Shown: in pieces, positions 58,491 through 64,000 of the stretch
Position numbering within the stretch: position 1 is the first letter of the stretch
Layout: each line of letters begins with the position of its first letter
From: the human T2T-CHM13v2.0 reference genome, Homo sapiens
Strand: one strand, 5' to 3'
Length of the DNA: 64,000 nt
NCBI RefSeq assembly: GCF_009914755.1
Contig: NC_060933.1
The notes under the pieces: generated by a model
Told to the model about the DNA's origin: nothing
Databases searched by the model: none
The model's input: the letters and a program-made list of their open reading frames with translations, nothing else
Program-made: the position numbers and the translations under genes

Positions 58491-59564
58491 TTTTCTACAG
58501 GGAATAAAAGATGGTCTACAGTGCTCACCTGCTGCACCTGGTGCATGTGTCATGGTCTTATGGCTGGGGCAGTCTTGGTGTCCTGGCTTTTGGATGGTCA
58601 GAAATTCTGGCTTGTCCTTGTTCTTCCTTCTCCCGTGATCCATTTTCCCAGCAGAGGCCATTACATATGCTGGTGTCCCCCTACTCCTTCCAGCCTTCTG
58701 TTAACAGATACTGTCAGCCCACAGCCACTGCAGACGTGGCCCATTGCTACTTCCTTGTCCACAGCAACAGTGCTGGATACGGCTCAGTGCCTTGTCAGAC
58801 AGACAAGAGTTGTTGATGAGTCTGCAAAGCAGAGCTGGTAGGTTAGCTGCCAGAGCTGACCCCACTGAGCAAAGCAGTGAGTTTAGTAGGTACTTGGCAA
58901 AAGTTAATTCATCAGGAGTTGGGAGAAAAGGTGCAAGAAAGGTCGTCTTAGATTATTGGGCATGGGCTGCCTGCTTACCACATTGGTATTTTCGTTTTGT
59001 ATAATTATTAAGTTGATAGTGATTTTAACAAATAAAACATAACTTTGAAGTTTGGGAGGTAAGTGACTTGTGTAAGGTTTTAGGTTACGTGAGCTAAAGA
59101 TAAGAATTTCTGTAGTGTCATTTCCTAATTGTTCAGAGTGCCCATTATGCTTAGCCTAGGTGTCTTGCTTGGGTTAGCCCATTCTAAAAGTCGTGTGTTC
59201 CTAGGGCAGTGGTCATGATCATCACTGGACTCTGCCAGTTCCCAGGCCCCAGCACTGCCTCCGCCGGCAGCAAGCAGTAATAAGTAAGCTCCGCGTGGTT
59301 AAGCCTAATAGGGCTGTGACCCAGTTTGAACTCCGTAATGAGGAAAGAGCAGATTTATTTGCTCCCCTGCATGCGTCCCTCCCCCGTGTTCCTTTATTAT
59401 CTTTAGAGGAAATTGAATAGCAAAATTCTGCATTCTCATAATGCTAATGGACTGATGTCATCTTTTCCACTCTGAAGTCAAGAAAGTAAGAGAAAACCGG
59501 AATATAGATTTAACACTTCATAGCTACCCAGGGCTTCAGCACAGGTTCTTTCTGTGTATATATA

Positions 59565-60220
59565 TGTTTTTAACAACTTTAAGGCGTAATTTACGTGCCA
59601 TAAACAATTCACTGATTTTAAGTAAGTTAGCTAAGTTGTGCAACCATCACCACAATCTAGTTTTAAAACATTTCCATCATCCCAGAGAAACCCCTGGCAT
59701 CCATCACTAATCACTGCCTATTTCCCCCTCTCCTCATCCCTAGGCAACCTGTAAATCTACTTCTTGTTTCTGTAGATTTGCATTTTCTGGACATTTCATA
59801 TCAGTGGAATCATATAATACATGGTCTTACGTGTTTGTTTTCTTTCACTTAGCATAACGTATTGAGGTGCATGCATGTCGCAGTGTGTATCGCTGTGTTC
59901 CCTTTATTCCTGGACAGTATTCCATTTTATGGTTACACCACATTTTATCTGTCTGTTCACCAGTTGATGCACATTTGGGTTATTTCCAGTTTAGGGCTGT
60001 AGTAATGCTGCAGTAAGTACAGATGAGTTGTTAAATGAACATGTGCTTTTACCTCTCTCCGATAGATGACCTAGGAGTCACGTAAGTTGAGTAAATTTAT
60101 ATGAGCAGTTGAGTAAATGGAGTGATTTAAGAAGCCTAGATTGTTTTCCAAAGTGGCTATACCACATTACCTTCCCACCAGTGATGAACAAGGTTCCCAG
60201 TTTCTCCACATCTTTGCCAT
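59565..60220 (-). mobile_element. L1MB-type 3' fragment
   Basis: gttgtgcaaccatcaccacaatctagtttta...ttctggacatttcatat..tggaatcata...ttttccaaagtggcta. Confidence 0.85.
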
Positions 60221-60347
60221 GAGCTATAAGGAATATAACCTTAACTGTTGACTTGTTTTATATTCTTAGGTACAGAAGAAAGCTAGGAACTATTTTAAGG
60301 TATTTACAGTTTTTCAAGCATTGTTAACACATGTTAATTAAAACTGT

Positions 60348-60675
60348 AGGGTGGGAGTGGTGGCTCACGCTTGTAATCCCAGTACTTTGGGAGCTGAGGC
60401 GGGTGGATCGCTTGAACCTAGGAGTTCGAGACCAGCCTGGGCAACATGGCGAAACCCCATCTCTATAAAAAAATACAAAAGTTAGCTGGATACGGTGGCA
60501 TGCACCTGTGGTTCCAGCTACTTGGGAGGCTGAGGTGGGAGGATCGCTTGAGCCCAGGAGTTCAAGGCTGCAGTGAGCTGTGACCACACCACTATACCCC
60601 AGTGTGGGTGACAGAGCCAGAGTGAGACCCTGTCTCAAAAAATAATAAAATAAAATAGAATAATAAAATAAATAA
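60348..60675 (+). mobile_element. AluJ with an (AAAAT)n tail
   Basis: Full dimer; taaa(a/c)(c/t)tgtag on both flanks. Confidence 0.9.
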
Positions 60676-63494
60676 ACTTGTAGTCTTTGATGCCTATCCT
60701 CCCTACTCTCTAGGTTCTACCACCAGTCATGCATGCAACAGTTAAACACATTCCATTTAATTATGTTTTTTTCTTGTGGACTTGATATAAAGTATTGAGT
60801 TGATGTGTGTATGTGATATTGTCTAAATTAAGTTTACTTTGAGGAGTGATGTTTTTGGTATTTTGAATTCTTTTTTTTAGTTCTGTTACTCAAACCAATG
60901 TTTGTCAGTTTGTATTTCTGATTATACACATTGTTTTAATATAGAAAAGACACACATGTGTCTGTAGAGCCATGTTTTGGGGTGCTTTAAATAATTAAAT
61001 AGTGAAGTTCTAGGTGTTAGAATTTGGTAGCTTTTAAGGATTCTTTATTAAAAATGCAACTAGCAGTATCTGTATGAATCTAGGCTATCTCCAAAAGCCT
61101 TGCAAAAGTTGTGCAGGAAACTTTATCACATCATTAGAACATGGCAGGGGTTACTACGTTTTCAAGTCCAAATGACCAGAGTTTCTCATTATTTTTGCTT
61201 ATTCTAGAATTTGCAGGTATTTTTAATTTTGGCAGTGAGCAAATCAAGTGAACCTATTTTTCTAAATAAGTCGTATCATCAGTCATGACAGAGCATTCCG
61301 GTGAAATAACCCTCTCGTCGTGGGTGAAGTTCAGGACCACCCTTTGGGTCTCAGCAGAATCATGAGCCTCAGAACACTCATTGCAGGCCTGTTTATCTTT
61401 CAAATTTGTGCTTGTCCAAATATTCTGAAGCGGGGCATGCAGTCTGTCAAGAGGAAAAGATGAGAGGCATTCCAGTTCACACCTAGCACCCAGGTGCCCA
61501 GTGCCAGAAGTTCATGGGAGGAAAATAGTGACAGAGATGATTTTCTTAGGGTCTGATATCTGAATAAACAACCTCAACTGAACACAATTTACATCAATTA
61601 TTTTGGCCTCCAGAGGCACTTTTGTCATGTGGTGGCAGTTTGTTATAAAGGAACGGTTCTCATAGGGCAGAATCACCCTCGTGGGAGTGATGTGGGTGCT
61701 TTGTGATCGGGGTGCTTTGGCCGTGGGTGTATGGAGTCCAGGCGCACTATGCCTGTGGTGCACAGTGCATTCCAGCAGACTGGAGAATTACGTCACTACC
61801 CACACAGCCTTCAGGTGCCAGCTGGAGAGCTGTACAGGTGAAAAACTGGTGTCTAATATTTGGGCTTAGAAACTCTTTTATGTACACAGTTTTAATATTG
61901 ACTCAGGTTTCTGGGAATGAGTCTGAAGGGTAAATCTGGGAAGATTGTATTTTGTTGAATTTTTCCAAGAGTTACTTGCCATTTCAGAAAATCTCTTTTG
62001 CAGTGAGAATGCATTTGTGATGTTTGAGTGACCACCTGCCACAGCTGCTTCAGTTTGCATTAACAGCTGTGTGTTAGTGGGGATTCTCCAGGCAGCCCAT
62101 TGCTTCACTGTTGTATTTAATTGGGTACTCAGGCATCAGCTTGTAAATATTGACGTCCATATTAATGCTTTATAACTCACTTTTCCTTTAATTCTGCTTT
62201 CTATTATAGATAGAGCGTTGTATTAGAATTTCCCTGCCCAATTGTGTATATTATTTGTGTTAGGTTATCCAAGAATTCCGCGAGAGCCATTGGCCCCAGA
62301 TGTCCGCAGTGTTTTGGTCCATATTACTGAGATACTAGCCTAGTGTGTCTGGAAGGCAGCGCCAGCTGGTGAGGAACGCACCTGGGGCAGAGTTTCCAGG
62401 TAGCTGTGTGGGCAGGTGCTGTGTGGCATTGAGCTGTCCTCGTTTGCTGAAAACTGATTCTCTCAGGGGCTTGCCTGGGACTCCCTAGGATGTGGTCCTC
62501 TATACTTGCTGCCGTGACCAACATGAAATCTCCTGTCACCGAGCACTCTCTTGGGGAAACTGGGGGTGCCAGAAGACCAGCCACACATTTCTGAGAAGAG
62601 GTGAGGGTGAGAGGCAATCAGGCTGGCAGGCCTCAGGTGGACATTACTGAATTCCTTATGGGCATTGTGTAGATGCATACATTAAATCATTCTACCAGTC
62701 TGAATTTTCCTGGCCTTTGTCCTTTTGTCTGCGTGTGTTACTGATGAGCCATGCCCTGTAAACCGGTGTGGCCCCTTCCAAAGCCTGTGTTTTCTCAGTA
62801 GGGTAAAGTTACTCGAGATCCTCAAGTGTAAGTGCTGTTTCTTTTTTGTGTGCTGCGTGTCACCCTCCTGGGCCCTCACACCTGCCATCCATTCAGTGCC
62901 ATGCCAGTCACTCCTTCACCCCCAGAATTTGAGAGACGCCATGTGTTAGCAGCTCCTGTTTCAGCACTGATTGGAGTTTCTAAGTTTTCCAGTATTTGTT
63001 GTCCTTCTTTCATTTGTTATTTATATTTTGGGCATTTCAGTGTTTTGTAAGCATCTTCTCCAGCAGCTTATCAGGGGCATGGTGAGAATTTAAAAAGGAA
63101 AGTTACTCAAGGGAAGGAGGTTGAAATTCATTTCAATTTAATTTATAATAACCAAATCTGTTAATATGAAATCCAGGTGATAGTCTGGCCTCTCTTTCGT
63201 AGTGCTTGTCCTGGGAGATGGGTGGCATTACTGATGGTGTGCCCAGCACTCCTGAGTAGGGAGGCCCCCTGGGAGTCCAGTTCATGTTGCTCAAGTTGTT
63301 GAAATCTGGATTTGAGTGCTGAGTTGACCATTGCAGCCGTGGTATGATTCTGGTCTCTGCATAAAGTAACCAAGCTTTGTTTTCTGGTGTGATACCTTTC
63401 CTGTATTTTTATTACAGTTCAGCATATTTAGTTTCTTGTTTTAAACCAACTCAAGATAAGAAATTTAACTTTTTTTCCCCCTGAATATCAAAGT

Positions 63495-63610
63495 GATACT
63501 GTCTGTTACAGAAAATTCTGAAAATATGGGAAGGTATAAAGAAGAAATTTCAAAATTACCAGTAATCCAGTCACTCAACCAGCACTTTTAGTATTTTGAT
63601 TGTCTTTTAA
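63495..63610 (-). mobile_element. L1ME-like fragment
   Basis: gaaaattctgaaaata..aaggtataaagaagaaa..aaattacc..taatcc. Confidence 0.45.
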
Positions 63611-64000
63611 GAAGAATAATTATTGAAGAAGAATGGGAGCGTGTTATATATTTGTGACTTTGACTTTGTGACTTCAAAGGTGGTTTCATGCAGGCTACTT
63701 TTTAAAAAAATAATTGAATTCAGTTGTTTTGAAATTCTGCTTTTTTGGAAAGATCTGTTATGTACATTTCATAAAAAGTAACTTCATTGACCATGAGTAC
63801 TGGAATTCAGCATTTAACTGCAGCTGTAGTCCTGGGGATATGTATACCTTAACTGATTCCATTTGATAACCATCTCCTGTGTCCTGGAGTAAATGGCTGT
63901 AAGTGCAGAGCAGCGTCTGAGCCTCATGAAGGGATCGTGTCGGACTGTGAGAGGAAGGTTTGTGCATTCGTCCTTTACCTTTGCCTTTCTGCATGTGGCC

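Overview
This is human (primate) genomic DNA, Alu/MIR/L1/L2-rich, lying entirely inside the 3' part of AOPEP (aminopeptidase O, C9orf3, chr9q22) on the + strand. Four short internal coding exons (1113-1156, 12722-12782, 38517-38579, 38901-38975) have canonical AG/GT ends. They splice in frame to DFLQMLLENIPEEKRLELSVENIYQDWLESSGIPKPLQRERRAGAECGLARQVRAEVTKWIGVNRRPRKRKRREKEEVFEK, which I recognise as AOPEP, including its basic nucleolar-localisation motif. None of these exons appears in the supplied ORF track, and almost all tracked ORFs are spurious. The last two exons sit in an intragenic CpG island (~37.5-39.0 kb) that looks like an internal promoter. AOPEP is known to host the miR-23b/27b/24-1 cluster further downstream; I found no such hairpin in this window. 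The most interesting signals cluster around the island: a near-perfect 52-bp G-rich tandem duplication, candidate first-exon donors whose ATGs are all out of frame with AOPEP (including a strong-Kozak 20-codon micro-ORF), and a candidate in-frame alternative terminal exon at 41118 whose stop codon is followed directly by AATAAA. Together these could form a promoter plus intronic-polyadenylation switch upstream of the miRNA cluster, but that is inference. No prokaryote-type system (CRISPR, operon etc.) is present. Repeat subfamily calls and boundaries were made by eye and are approximate.
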